Of a DNA stretch of 64,000 nucleotides, positions 1-10,989 are shown in pieces. The stretch covers positions 3,360,001 through 3,424,000 of the forward strand of contig OY969585.1 in the NCBI GenBank assembly GCA_963701295.1, given 5' to 3'. The DNA comes from Ignavibacteriota bacterium (lineage in GTDB: Bacteria > Bacteroidota > Ignavibacteria > UBA10030). Position 1 is the stretch's first letter, and each line of letters begins with the position of its first letter. A program made the position numbers and the translations under genes. Under the pieces are notes generated by a model, which was not told the DNA's origin, did no database searches, and saw only the letters and a list, made by a program, of their open reading frames with translations.

Positions 1-2
1 CA

Positions 3-1292
3 CGATTGGTACGAGCTTTGCCATTGTTGTTGGATGAATTCATTCCTGTTATCAAGGGATGTGAAATCAACGATAATCCATTTCAACCCGTATGCAAACA
101 CTGCAGAGATCTTCTTCAGCAACATGGAGATCGTGTCGAAATCGAATGGATGGGAAGAGACCTCCGCTTTTCTGAAAAACTTGCCACACCCGATGTAACG
201 ATCGCTGATTTGATCGGTGATATTGATCCTATTAAAGCAGCAACACAGCGGCTTCACTATGCACACGAAGGAGCGATTCACTTCGGGATTATTCCTCGCA
301 CCAATCGCGGTATTTTTGCAATTAACGAACTTCCCGATCTCCAACCCCGAATCCAGGTTGGATTATTCAACATTATGGAAGAGAAAGATATTCAGATTCG
401 CGGTTTCAATATTCGAATTCCCTTAGATCTGTTTATCGTCTTTACAGCCAACCCTGAAGACTATACAAATCGTGGAAATCTTATTACTCCATTAAAGGAT
501 AGGATTGATTCTCAGATCATCACACACTATCCTAAGAGTTTGGAAGACGCTATTGCGATCACAAAACAGGAGGCTTGGATTCATCGCAATGGCCGAGATA
601 TAAAGATGCCTCTCTACTTTAATGAAATTATAGAACAGATTGGTTTCGAAGCACGGATGAGCGAATTTGTAGATCAAAAGTCCGGTGTCAGTGCCCGCCT
701 GACTATTTCTGCGATAGAGAATTTTATAAGCAATGCTGAACGGCGAGCAATTCTTTTAAGAGAATCTATGATTGTCCCTCGTTTCTGCGATCTGCTGTCG
801 ACATTGCCTGCAATAACAGGAAAAGTTGAACTTGTCTTTGAAGGCGAGCAAGAGGGTTCTGTGAAAATAGGCAAGGCATTGATCGGAAAAGCAGTGCGTT
901 GTATCTTTGAGAAATATTTTCCCAATCCTCTACAGCGAAGACAAAAATCCAGCAGACAAACAGGCGTACACGAAGAAGAAAAATCTGATTATAATTCGAT
1001 CCTCAGTTGGTTTGGATCAGGGAATAAAATTGAGATTGCAGACGACATGCCGTTTGGCAATTATCGCAATGAACTAGGCAAAGTCAAAGGATTACGTGAA
1101 GTAACAGTGAAATATTTGCCTCACGTGAAAGATGATCCCTTCATATTGGCAACGACGATGGAATTTGTACTTGATGCACTTCATCAATATTCCAAAATTG
1201 CCAAGGATGTTGTTGACAGTACAACTGTCTATAAGGATCTCATCGGCAGTATCTTTCAACGACAAGAAGAGACTTTTGAAGAGGAACCTTAA
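3..1292 (+). CDS. Mg-chelatase/MoxR-like AAA+ ATPase (5' end outside window)
   Basis: EKLATPD, NRGIFAINELPDL (Walker B-like), TANPEDY and LKDRI motifs; frame open to window start; followed by a VWA gene. Confidence 0.8.
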   Translation, partial: RLVRALPLLLDEFIPVIKGCEINDNPFQPVCKHCRDLLQQHGDRVEIEWMGRDLRFSEKLATPDVTIADLIGDIDPIKAATQRLHYAHEGAIHFGIIPRTNRGIFAINELPDLQPRIQVGLFNIMEEKDIQIRGFNIRIPLDLFIVFTANPEDYTNRGNLITPLKDRIDSQIITHYPKSLEDAIAITKQEAWIHRNGRDIKMPLYFNEIIEQIGFEARMSEFVDQKSGVSARLTISAIENFISNAERRAILLRESMIVPRFCDLLSTLPAITGKVELVFEGEQEGSVKIGKALIGKAVRCIFEKYFPNPLQRRQKSSRQTGVHEEEKSDYNSILSWFGSGNKIEIADDMPFGNYRNELGKVKGLREVTVKYLPHVKDDPFILATTMEFVLDALHQYSKIAKDVVDSTTVYKDLIGSIFQRQEETFEEEP

Positions 1293-1294
1293 CC

Positions 1295-2395
1295 GTGCGG
1301 TTTCGTTATAGTCGATGGACAGATAAGTCGAGAACAGACGAACAACGCCTTCGGGAACTCATGAAGGTTTTCAGTTTTCTAACGCTCAAGACAAACGGCG
1401 ATGTTCAGGAAGCGCTTGAGTGGCTCCGAGAATTGGCGGAGCGGTATGGAATCTTTGGTCAAGGTCTCACATTCCAAGATCTCATCGAGAAACTTAAGGA
1501 AATGGGAATCATCGAAGAAATAGTGGGCGTTCCAAACCTTACTCCTCGTGGAATCAGAAAAATAAGGCAAGATGCATTGCTGCAAATATTTTCTTCACTC
1601 AAAAAAGCCCCAAGTGGGAGTCACGAATCGCCACATACAGGACAGGGCGTCGACCGTTTAAATGACACGAAACATTGGACATTCGGAGATCAGCCGACAA
1701 ATATCGACCTTACTAGTACACTCACGAATGCATTCCGCCGTGACGGGATTGACAATTTCCGATTGCAGGAAGAAGATCTCGAAGTGTACGAGACAGAGCA
1801 CATCACTGGTTGTGCCACAGTTCTGCTTCTCGATATCAGCCATAGTATGGTTCTGTATGGTGAAGATAGGATTACACCGGCCAAACAGGTAACACTCGCA
1901 CTTGCGGAATTGATACAATCAAAATTTCCGAAAGATTTTCTTGCGCTTGTAGCGTTTGGCGATGAAGCCCAGCTTGTAAGCATCGGTGAACTTCCCTTTC
2001 TGACTGTCGGGCCATTTCACACGAACACACGAGCCGGATTACAACTCGCACGCAATCTGTTACGGCGATCAGGAAATATCAACAAACAAATCTTTATGGT
2101 AACCGATGGGAAACCGTCTGCAATTTTCGATGACGCCGGACGTCTCTATAAAAATCCTTATGGCCTTGATCCGCGTATAGTAAATAAGACTCTTGACGAA
2201 GCTGTGCAGTGCAGGCGTGAAATGATCACAATCAGTACTTTTATGATTGCACAAGATCCGTCATTGGTCGAGTTTGTTGAGGAACTTACGAAGGTCAATC
2301 GAGGGCGAGCGTACTATACATCTCTTGAAAACCTTGGCGATTTTGTTTTCGTCGACTACATCAGGAACCGACGTAAGAGATATACCTCCCAGTAA
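1295..2395 (+). CDS. VWA domain-containing protein, partner of the AAA+ ATPase
   Basis: MIDAS DISHSM motif, TNT and VTDGKP motifs. Confidence 0.85.
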   Translation: MRFRYSRWTDKSRTDEQRLRELMKVFSFLTLKTNGDVQEALEWLRELAERYGIFGQGLTFQDLIEKLKEMGIIEEIVGVPNLTPRGIRKIRQDALLQIFSSLKKAPSGSHESPHTGQGVDRLNDTKHWTFGDQPTNIDLTSTLTNAFRRDGIDNFRLQEEDLEVYETEHITGCATVLLLDISHSMVLYGEDRITPAKQVTLALAELIQSKFPKDFLALVAFGDEAQLVSIGELPFLTVGPFHTNTRAGLQLARNLLRRSGNINKQIFMVTDGKPSAIFDDAGRLYKNPYGLDPRIVNKTLDEAVQCRREMITISTFMIAQDPSLVEFVEELTKVNRGRAYYTSLENLGDFVFVDYIRNRRKRYTSQ

Positions 2396-2527
2396 ATCCA
2401 TTTACATTTCAGATAGAGGTTTCTTGTTGTTTCTTGAATCTCGACGATTTTTTCTGCATTTTAGCTCAGCAAATAGTTCTTCTGCATGTGGTTAATAATG
2501 AGCTTTTTATTTCACGAGAGCGACAGA

Positions 2528-3292
2528 ATGATTCTTATTTATCCAGCAATAGAAATTAGCCATAATTGCTGTGTCGAAATTGTGCACGGTATCCCCGGTT
2601 CGGAACACGTGTATTCAGTTGATCCGGTTCAATTGGCAGTCATGTGGCGTGGTGAAAATGCTAAGACTCTACACGTCGTTGATTTGGACGGAATTGCTGA
2701 GGGACGCATTGTAAACGAAGATGTTATTCGAAGAATGGTCAAAGCAGTTGATATACCCATCCAAATGGGTGGTGGATTGCGAACTTACGATGAGATTAAG
2801 AGAGTTCTTGATCTCGGCGTGTATCGGGTTTCGATTGCCACTGCTGCCGTCGAGCAGCCGGGACTTGTGGAACGATTAGTAAAGGAATTCGGTACACGGA
2901 AAATCGATATTGCAATTATTTCAGAAGGTGGCAAAGTGTCAATTAAGGGAGGCGCAGAGGCGACAAAAATCACGCCGCTCAATCTTGCTTTGCAAATGAC
3001 TCGGCTCGGCGTATCACGGATTCTCTATGGTGAACGCGAAGATGGAGTACATGATAAATCATTGCCCTACGATACTCTCAAAGAATTAGCAATCAAGACA
3101 GGTGTTCGCATTACAGCTCGCGGTGGCGTTTCGAATTATAAAGACCTTATGCGATTGCAGGAACTCGAAAAGTACGGTGTCGATTCGGTCGTTGTCGGAA
3201 AACCGTTATACGAAAATCATTTTCCATGCCAGGCACTTTGGCGCTTAAACGAATTAGCGCTTACTGATCTCGGACCAACACGAAGAATCTAA
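2528..3292 (+). CDS. hisA: HisA/HisF-family TIM-barrel protein (diverged HisA-like)
   Basis: YPAIEI, LHVVDLDG, IQMGGGLR, GGVS and VVGKPLY motifs; ATG at 2528 preferred over the ORF-track start 2486. Confidence 0.7.
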   Translation: MILIYPAIEISHNCCVEIVHGIPGSEHVYSVDPVQLAVMWRGENAKTLHVVDLDGIAEGRIVNEDVIRRMVKAVDIPIQMGGGLRTYDEIKRVLDLGVYRVSIATAAVEQPGLVERLVKEFGTRKIDIAIISEGGKVSIKGGAEATKITPLNLALQMTRLGVSRILYGEREDGVHDKSLPYDTLKELAIKTGVRITARGGVSNYKDLMRLQELEKYGVDSVVVGKPLYENHFPCQALWRLNELALTDLGPTRRI

Positions 3293-4270
3293 ATGATTAT
3301 CACTGTTATCGGACATCTCTCTAAAGATGTTGTCCATCTGCTGGATGAAAAAGAAAATCAACAAGAATCTTTTGGTGGAATTTTGTTCACCGTGCTCACG
3401 CTCGCCAATGTGATGAGTGAGAAAGACCGGATTCAACCAGTCTTTGGTGTCGGGCAAACGGATTACGAACTGTTGATGGAACAAATCAAGCAATATAAGA
3501 ATATCGATACGAGCGGAATTTTTAGAATTAAAGGTCAAACAAATCAAGTACATTTTTTCTATCAGAAAGATGCTCAAACGAAAATCGAGTGTTCCAAGTA
3601 CATCTCCGCACCGATTCCCTTCAACCGCATCAAGCCATATCTTGACGGTGACGCGGTGCTGATCAATATGATTTCAGGATCGGATATCACGCTAGAAACA
3701 CTGGATTACATCCGTATGGAAATCCGCGAACGGAAGATTCCCATCCACTTCGATTTCCATTCACTCACACTTGGGATCGATCAGGAGTTTAGACGTTTCC
3801 ATCGTCCCCTTACTGATTGGCGCCGTTGGTGTTTCATGCTCAACTCTATCCAAATGAGCGAAGAAGAAGCTTTTGGACTTTCGGCAGAACGGTACGATGA
3901 AACGACACTCACCAACCATGTAATGACATTGATGGTCGAGACACTGGTAATTACACGCAGCGAGCGTGGAGCAACCGTCATTGTGCAGGACATCCATAAA
4001 AAACTTTCGCGCAAAGATTTCGCAGGCGTTTCATTCGGTACTGCAATCGATACGACCGGATGCGGCGATGTTTTCGGCGCGGCATTTTTATATCACTATC
4101 TTAAATCTAAGGACAGCTTCGTCGCAGCTGAGTTTGCAAACAAGGCAGCGGCTCTTAATGCAACCTTCAAAAATGCTCAAGAGCTTGATGGCCTTCGTAC
4201 CAAGCTTGAGCAACTTGGAGTAGCCATTTCCAAGCCGGCAACCAACGGGAAACCAACGAACGGCTCTTGA
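3293..4270 (+). CDS. PfkB/ribokinase family carbohydrate kinase
   Basis: C-terminal DTTGCGDVFGAAF signature. Confidence 0.85.
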   Translation: MIITVIGHLSKDVVHLLDEKENQQESFGGILFTVLTLANVMSEKDRIQPVFGVGQTDYELLMEQIKQYKNIDTSGIFRIKGQTNQVHFFYQKDAQTKIECSKYISAPIPFNRIKPYLDGDAVLINMISGSDITLETLDYIRMEIRERKIPIHFDFHSLTLGIDQEFRRFHRPLTDWRRWCFMLNSIQMSEEEAFGLSAERYDETTLTNHVMTLMVETLVITRSERGATVIVQDIHKKLSRKDFAGVSFGTAIDTTGCGDVFGAAFLYHYLKSKDSFVAAEFANKAAALNATFKNAQELDGLRTKLEQLGVAISKPATNGKPTNGS

Positions 4271-4291
4271 TCGCCGAGGAGATTTTTTTGC

Positions 4292-5140
4292 ATGATCTTA
4301 AAAGAACGAATTGAATTATTTTTCACACAAGATATTGATAAGATAGATCGTCAATCTGCGATACAGACATTCAACGAATTGAAGTTCTTTTTGAATGTTG
4401 GTGATGTCCGGGCAGCTACACCATCGTCAACCGCAGGAAATCACGGCGGTTGGATTGTCAATGAATGGGTGAAGAAAGGCATTTTGCTCGGCTTTCGACT
4501 TGGCGAACTTACGGATGTTTCCATTGACGAACATTTCAAATATTTTGACAAGAATACATATCCATTAAAAAAAATTACGCTGGAAAACCAGATACGGATC
4601 GTACCTGGTGGATCATCTATTCGTGATGGGTCTTACGTCGCTTCTGGAGTTATGGTCATGCCTCCGGCTTATATTAATGTTGGCGCATATGTTGGCAGCG
4701 GCACCATGGTTGATTCACATGCACTGATTGGTTCATGTGCACAAGTCGGGGAACGCGTTCATCTCAGTGCCGCGGCACAGATTGGTGGTGTTTTGGATCC
4801 CATCGGTGCCATGCCTGTGATTATCGAAGATGATGTGTTTGTCGGCGGTAATTGCGGAATCTTCGAAGGAACGATTGTAAAACAAAGAGCAGTTATTGCA
4901 GCAGGTGTTATCATGACCGGTTCGACTCCTGTGTATGATCTGGTAAACTCAAAAATCTATCGAAAAACAAAAGACACACCACTCATTATTCCTGAAGGCG
5001 CAGTTATTGTTCCCGGAAGCCGAGGTCTTGATGCGCCCTTTGCACACCAGCATCACCTCGCTCTCTACGCGCCCATCATCGTCAAGTATCGCGACAGCAA
5101 TACACACGCTGCTACGGTGCTGGAAGAAAGCCTTCGATGA
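4292..5140 (+). CDS. dapD: Tetrahydrodipicolinate N-succinyltransferase
   Basis: WVKKGILL, RIVPGG, YINVGAYV, GSCAQVG and hexapeptide repeats. Confidence 0.95.
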   Translation: MILKERIELFFTQDIDKIDRQSAIQTFNELKFFLNVGDVRAATPSSTAGNHGGWIVNEWVKKGILLGFRLGELTDVSIDEHFKYFDKNTYPLKKITLENQIRIVPGGSSIRDGSYVASGVMVMPPAYINVGAYVGSGTMVDSHALIGSCAQVGERVHLSAAAQIGGVLDPIGAMPVIIEDDVFVGGNCGIFEGTIVKQRAVIAAGVIMTGSTPVYDLVNSKIYRKTKDTPLIIPEGAVIVPGSRGLDAPFAHQHHLALYAPIIVKYRDSNTHAATVLEESLR

Positions 5141-6048
5141 AGCGGATTCTCATCTGCGGAGCTAATGGGCTTCTCGGTCAACGTCTTTCCCTTATGCTCA
5201 GTACACAAACCGATTATGAAGTATTGAATACTTCCATCGAGCGTTCATTTGTTTTTGATAATATGTTGTTCGATTACAACCAGCTGGATATCACAAATCG
5301 GAGTGATGTAAAAAGTCTTGCGTCAAGCTTTCAGCCGAACGTGATTTTCAATGCTGCTGGCGCAACTAACGTCGACTGGTGTGAATCGAACCGCGAAGAG
5401 ACATGGAAAGTCAATGTGACCGCAGTTGACAATCTTGCCGATGCAGCGCGAAAAGTCGGGGCCAGACTTATCCATGTCTCAACAGATTATGTGTTCGATG
5501 GAAAGAGTGGTCCGTATGATGAAGGGGCGCAACCTCGTCCTATTGGATATTATGGTAAAACGAAGCTTGCCAGTGAGAATGCCATTCGAACTGCCGGTAT
5601 TCCCAATGTCATTCTTCGCACGATTGTTCTGTATGGAAGTGGTATCGGTGTAAAAGCGAATTTTGCCTTATGGGTGATTAACAACCTTAAATCCGGAAAG
5701 CAAATAAATGTGGTCGATGACCAGATTGGTAATCCAACGTATGTAGGTGATTTAGCTCTCGCAATGATTAAGTCATTCGAGTTGAATCGCGAAGGCATTT
5801 TTCACATTGGCGGCGGCGAGCAGCTGAGTAGATACGATTTTGCCATACAGGCCGCAAAGGTTTTCGGTTTGGATGCGTCTTTAATCAAGCGAGTCAAAAC
5901 AGGCGATCTGAACCAAGCATCACCTCGCCCATTGATTTCCGGCTTCATCACATTAAAAGCCGAAACGCAGCTTGGTATGCGCTTCCTGAACACAGAGGAA
6001 GGATTGACGTTGCTGAAACATGAACTTCAGCATATCGGCAGGAATTGA
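5137..6048 (+). CDS. rfbD: dTDP-4-dehydrorhamnose reductase
   Basis: GANGLLG, STDYVFDG, YGKTKL and DQIGNPT motifs. Confidence 0.9.
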   Translation: MKRILICGANGLLGQRLSLMLSTQTDYEVLNTSIERSFVFDNMLFDYNQLDITNRSDVKSLASSFQPNVIFNAAGATNVDWCESNREETWKVNVTAVDNLADAARKVGARLIHVSTDYVFDGKSGPYDEGAQPRPIGYYGKTKLASENAIRTAGIPNVILRTIVLYGSGIGVKANFALWVINNLKSGKQINVVDDQIGNPTYVGDLALAMIKSFELNREGIFHIGGGEQLSRYDFAIQAAKVFGLDASLIKRVKTGDLNQASPRPLISGFITLKAETQLGMRFLNTEEGLTLLKHELQHIGRN

Positions 6049-6066
6049 AAAAGAGGGATAACAATT

Positions 6067-7332
6067 ATGTTGGACTTAAAATTTATCCATGAGAATCGCG
6101 ATTTGGTTCGCGCCGGTGCAGAAGCAAAAGGCATCACCGTCAACCTTGATACGATATGTGCTATCGACGACAAGCGCAAAGCACTTATTCAGGAAGGCGA
6201 TGCCTTAAAAGCGAAACGCAACCAGGTATCTGCTCAAGTTGGAAAAATAAAAAAGGAAGGCGGCGATGCAAGCGGGGTCATTGCGGAGATGGAATCTGTG
6301 AAAACCCGAATTCAGGAAATCGATAGCGAGATGCGCGAAGTTGAAAAGAATCTAAACACGCTCTTGCTTACTGTACCGAACATTCCGCATCCTTCTGTCC
6401 CGCTCGGAAAAACTCCTGCAGACAACAAAGAGGTCTTCCGCTGGGGCGAGGTGCCTAAGATGGACTTCCCTATGAAACCGCATTGGGAGTTTACCGATAA
6501 GTTCGGCATAGTTGATTTTAATCGTGGCTCGAAAGTTTCCGGAGCAGGATTTCCATTTTATGTCGGCAAAGGTGCCACTTTAGAACGCGCACTCATCAAC
6601 TTTTTTCTCGATCAAGCGGCGCAACGCGGTTATAGAGAGATTATGCCGCCTATTATTGTCAACGAGGATAGCGCTCGCGGCACCGGGCAAATTCCGGATA
6701 AAGAGGACTTGATGTACATTGTAGAACGGGATCAACTCTACATAATTCCGACTGCTGAAGTGCCAGTCACCAACTTCCATCGTGACGAACAAATTGCTGA
6801 GCAGGATCTCCCGATTCGATATGCCGCTTACACTCCATGTTTCCGGCGGGAAGCGGGTTCGTACGGCAAAGATGTGCGGGGCTTGAATCGACTTCATCAG
6901 TTTGATAAGGTCGAGTTAGTGAAGTTTGTTCATCCTTCAAAATCGTACGACGAATTAGAATCGCTGCGACAAGATGCCGAACATCTTCTCCAGCTTCTTG
7001 GCCTTCCCTACCATACACTTCTTATGTGCACAGGCGATATGGGATTCACACAAGCAAAGAAATACGATCTTGAAGTCTGGGCACCGGGCCAACAAAAATG
7101 GCTGGAAGTATCATCATGCAGCAACTTTGAGTCGTTTCAGGCGCGGCGGATGAATATCAAATTCCGCCCAAGGAACGGCGGCAAACCGGAAATTGTTCAT
7201 ACTTTAAATGGATCGGGTTTAGCACTGCCGCGTGTTGTCGCAGCTCTCATAGAGCATTATCAAACACCGGAAGGAAAGATCATTATTCCAAAGATTTTAC
7301 ACCCATACACAAAATTTGAAGTAATCGGATAA
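6067..7332 (+). CDS. serS: Serine--tRNA ligase
   Basis: PTAEVP, CFRREAGSYG, RLHQFDKVE and HTLNGSGLA motifs. Confidence 0.97.
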   Translation: MLDLKFIHENRDLVRAGAEAKGITVNLDTICAIDDKRKALIQEGDALKAKRNQVSAQVGKIKKEGGDASGVIAEMESVKTRIQEIDSEMREVEKNLNTLLLTVPNIPHPSVPLGKTPADNKEVFRWGEVPKMDFPMKPHWEFTDKFGIVDFNRGSKVSGAGFPFYVGKGATLERALINFFLDQAAQRGYREIMPPIIVNEDSARGTGQIPDKEDLMYIVERDQLYIIPTAEVPVTNFHRDEQIAEQDLPIRYAAYTPCFRREAGSYGKDVRGLNRLHQFDKVELVKFVHPSKSYDELESLRQDAEHLLQLLGLPYHTLLMCTGDMGFTQAKKYDLEVWAPGQQKWLEVSSCSNFESFQARRMNIKFRPRNGGKPEIVHTLNGSGLALPRVVAALIEHYQTPEGKIIIPKILHPYTKFEVIG

Positions 7333-7341
7333 ATACATTAC

Positions 7342-9102
7342 ATGAGGCCTCTTCTCCGCCTTAAACCATATATCGTTCGTTATAAAAAGACGCTTCTTTT
7401 CGGACTGTTAACAGTCATCGGCAGCAACGTTTTTACTATTGTCCAACCGATGTTCCTTGGTAAGGCTGTGGATGAGTTGAAGCGCGGCATCGAAATGCGC
7501 ACATTCGTCTCTAGCGATTTACTCATGTGGGCTGGACTCATCGTTGGTTTTGCACTGATCGCCGGTACGTTCACGTTCTTAACGCGTCAGACAATTATTG
7601 TCGTATCGCGGCATATCGAATATGATTTACGTAACGATTTTCTCTCTCATCTTCAGAGGTTATCGCATTCATATTTCCAGAACAAGCCAACTGGCGATTT
7701 AATGGCGCATGCTACCAATGACATCAGTGCTGTGCGAAATGTCGTTGGCCCTGGAATCATGTATCCATCCGATACAATCATCACACTGACATTCGTTCTG
7801 TTCATGATGTTTATGAGTGATTGGCAGCTCACATTGTTAGCACTTATTCCCATGCCGCTTGTGTCATTTGCCGTGTACAAACTCAGTAAATTTGTGAATA
7901 AGATATTTACAGAACGCCAAGAACAATTTTCACTCCTCACAACTCAAGCTCAAGAGACTCTTTCCGGCGTTCGTGTCGTGAGAGCATATGTCCGGGAAAC
8001 ATACGAGGAAGAACGATTCCGTAAACTCAGTTATGAATATCTCAAGAAGAACCTTGTTCTCGCAAAAGTACAATCGATCATGTGGCCCTTAATGTTTGTG
8101 CTCATCGGCTTTTCACTTGTCATCACAATTTACTTTGGCGGACTCAAAGTGATCGACGGGCAAATGACGATAGGCACACTTACCGCTTTCACAGCCTATC
8201 TCGGCATGCTCATCTGGCCTATGATTGCCTTCGGCTGGGTTGCCAATTTATTGCAGCAAGGCGCCGCCTCAATGGGTCGCTTGGCAACCATTATGGATTC
8301 TGAGCCTGAGATTAAAGACATTGAAACGACAAACCATTCAATTGAGAATATTCATGGTACTATCGAATTCCGCAATGTTTCATTTATGCATAAGAATGCT
8401 GCTCAGCCGACATTGAAGAACATCAATCTCAAAATTAAATCCGGAATGACGGTTGCAGTCGTTGGCTATACGGGAACAGGAAAATCCACTCTTATAAATC
8501 TCATTCCACGGCTCTATGATATTACAGGAGGCGACTTGTTGATTGACGGAATTGACATCCGAAAGATTCCACTAGAAATCCTGCGTTCCAATATCGGCTT
8601 CGTCCCTCAAGAAACATTTCTCTTCTCAGAAACGATTGCAGAAAATATTCGATACGGTGTTGACAGTCATAACGAAGTAGATTTAAACATGGCTGCAGAG
8701 ATATCCCAGATTGCAAAAGAGGTGACGGAATTCCCAAACCGATATGAAACTATGATCGGTGAACGAGGAATCACTCTTTCCGGTGGACAGAAACAACGGT
8801 CCAGCATCGCGCGTGCCATTATGCGCAATCCAAAGATACTGATTCTTGATGATGCCTTATCAGCTGTTGACACATATACTGAGGAAAAGATTCTCCATCG
8901 CTTACGTGAATATATGAAAGGCCGTACAAGCATTATTATCAGTCACCGCATATCGACTGTGAAAGATGCTGATTTGATCGTCGTCCTCCAGAATGGTGAA
9001 ATTGTTGAACGCGGAACTCACAACGAATTGGTGGAAATCAACGGCATTTATGCCGATCTACATGAGAAACAGCTTTTGGAACAGCAATTGGAAGAAATGT
9101 AG
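7342..9102 (+). CDS. ABC exporter ATP-binding/permease subunit (MdlA/YheI-like)
   Basis: Membrane domain, GYTGTGKS, LSGGQKQR and degenerate Walker B LDDA. Confidence 0.9.
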   Translation: MRPLLRLKPYIVRYKKTLLFGLLTVIGSNVFTIVQPMFLGKAVDELKRGIEMRTFVSSDLLMWAGLIVGFALIAGTFTFLTRQTIIVVSRHIEYDLRNDFLSHLQRLSHSYFQNKPTGDLMAHATNDISAVRNVVGPGIMYPSDTIITLTFVLFMMFMSDWQLTLLALIPMPLVSFAVYKLSKFVNKIFTERQEQFSLLTTQAQETLSGVRVVRAYVRETYEEERFRKLSYEYLKKNLVLAKVQSIMWPLMFVLIGFSLVITIYFGGLKVIDGQMTIGTLTAFTAYLGMLIWPMIAFGWVANLLQQGAASMGRLATIMDSEPEIKDIETTNHSIENIHGTIEFRNVSFMHKNAAQPTLKNINLKIKSGMTVAVVGYTGTGKSTLINLIPRLYDITGGDLLIDGIDIRKIPLEILRSNIGFVPQETFLFSETIAENIRYGVDSHNEVDLNMAAEISQIAKEVTEFPNRYETMIGERGITLSGGQKQRSSIARAIMRNPKILILDDALSAVDTYTEEKILHRLREYMKGRTSIIISHRISTVKDADLIVVLQNGEIVERGTHNELVEINGIYADLHEKQLLEQQLEEM

Positions 9103-9108
9103 ACGAAT

Positions 9109-10914
9109 ATGCACGAAGAGGAAGTCTTAGGAAAAGCATATGATGCTCGGCTGATGCGGAGACTTATTAAGTATCTAAAGCCGTACCACTGGCACGTCGC
9201 TTTCGGGATCGTTCTCAGCCTGCTTGTCAGTGCAATGGAAGCAGTGCGTCCATACTTCACCAAGATTGCTGTGGACACTAACATTGCCCAGAACGACAAA
9301 CAAGGCTTGCTCATAACGACTGCAATATTCTTGTCAGTCATGGTCGTGCGGGGATTCATCCAATATGCCAACGCCTACCTGACACAATGGATCGGGCAAC
9401 GCACTATCTTCGACCTCCGGATGGAAGTCTTCCAGCACCTCCAACGGCTATCATTGAAATTCTACGACCAGAATCCCATCGGCAGACTTATCACTCGCCT
9501 CACTAACGATGTAGAAGTACTCAACGAAATGTTTTCCTCAGGCATCGTTATGGTCTTCAGCGATGTCTTTACCATTATCGGCATATTCTACTTCATGTTT
9601 ACAATGAATTGGAAATTAGCACTCGTTACACTGAGTGTACTGCCATTCCTTTTCTATGGCACATTTCTCTTCCGCAAAAAAGCAAGAGAAACCTACCGAG
9701 ATGTTCGCATACAAATTGCACGTATTAACACGTTCATGCAGGAACACATCACCGGCATGCTGGTGGACCAAATATTTAATCGTGAGAAGAAATCGTACAC
9801 AAAGTTCACCAACATCAATGCCGCACATCGTGATGCAAATATCAGATCTATTTTCTATTATGCAGTTTTCTACCCGAGCGTAGACTTAATCGGTGCAATT
9901 GCTGTAGGCCTCATCATCTGGTATGCCGGGCATAATGCACTCGAAGGCATCGTAACAGTCGGAACCGTCATGGCATTTGTTCAGTTTAATGAAATGTTCT
10001 GGCGTCCAATCCGTGATCTCTCAGAGAAATACAATATCCTGCAAACTGCTATGGCATCTTCAGAACGACTCTTTCAATTATTGGATGACAAGACGACTTT
10101 GAATATCCGCCTGAACCCGCAACGTTTGGAACACGTCCGCGGCGACATTGAATTTCGTAATGTCTGGTTTGCCTACAATCCGCCTTCCGATGGAACACAA
10201 TCACCGGAATGGATTTTAAGAAACGTCTCTTTTTCTATCAAACAGGGGCAGAAAGTTGCCATTGTCGGACATACTGGTGCAGGAAAAACAACTATCATCA
10301 ACATCCTCAGTCGATTTTATGACATCCAACAAGGGGAGATTTTCATTGATGGCATAAATATCCAAAATGTTCATCCACACGATCTTCGCAAACACATCGC
10401 TGTGGTTCTGCAGGATGTATTTCTCTTTTCTGGTGATATTCAGAACAATATCCATCTGGGTGATGAAAAGATTTCTCAAGATCGAGTAAAAGCCGCCGCT
10501 CGTATGGTTGGAGCGAATAGATTTATTGAAGCACTGCCGAATACGTACAACGCTGAAGTCAAGGAACGAGGGGCAACATTGTCGGTCGGACAGAAGCAGT
10601 TACTCTCTTTCGCGCGCGCGCTCGCATTCAATCCTCGCATCCTTATCCTCGATGAAGCAACGTCCAGTGTAGACACGGAAACCGAATTACTGATTCAGCA
10701 AGCAATTAAGAAAATGCTGGTTGGACGTACATCTATTGTCATTGCACACCGGCTTTCAACCATTCAAAGTGCCGACAAAATCATCGTTCTCCACAAAGGT
10801 GAAATCCGCGAGATGGGCAATCATCAGGAATTGCTGGCACTCAATGGCATCTATCGCAAACTGTATGAACTTCAATACAAAGATCAAGAAACCAAAACAC
10901 CAAGGCAATCTTGA
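9109..10914 (+). CDS. ABC exporter ATP-binding/permease subunit (MdlB/YheH-like), heterodimer partner
   Basis: Membrane domain, GHTGAGKT, LSVGQKQ and LDEATS. Confidence 0.9.
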   Translation: MHEEEVLGKAYDARLMRRLIKYLKPYHWHVAFGIVLSLLVSAMEAVRPYFTKIAVDTNIAQNDKQGLLITTAIFLSVMVVRGFIQYANAYLTQWIGQRTIFDLRMEVFQHLQRLSLKFYDQNPIGRLITRLTNDVEVLNEMFSSGIVMVFSDVFTIIGIFYFMFTMNWKLALVTLSVLPFLFYGTFLFRKKARETYRDVRIQIARINTFMQEHITGMLVDQIFNREKKSYTKFTNINAAHRDANIRSIFYYAVFYPSVDLIGAIAVGLIIWYAGHNALEGIVTVGTVMAFVQFNEMFWRPIRDLSEKYNILQTAMASSERLFQLLDDKTTLNIRLNPQRLEHVRGDIEFRNVWFAYNPPSDGTQSPEWILRNVSFSIKQGQKVAIVGHTGAGKTTIINILSRFYDIQQGEIFIDGINIQNVHPHDLRKHIAVVLQDVFLFSGDIQNNIHLGDEKISQDRVKAAARMVGANRFIEALPNTYNAEVKERGATLSVGQKQLLSFARALAFNPRILILDEATSSVDTETELLIQQAIKKMLVGRTSIVIAHRLSTIQSADKIIVLHKGEIREMGNHQELLALNGIYRKLYELQYKDQETKTPRQS

Positions 10915-10989
10915 CAAACAATTGTATTGCATGCAAATCGCGACAGACTTTTCTAAATTCATCCAGAATGATTTATTAAATTATAAGCA

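Noticed and set aside
3-2395. AAA+/VWA pair as a novel system
   Set aside because: A widespread, known gene pair
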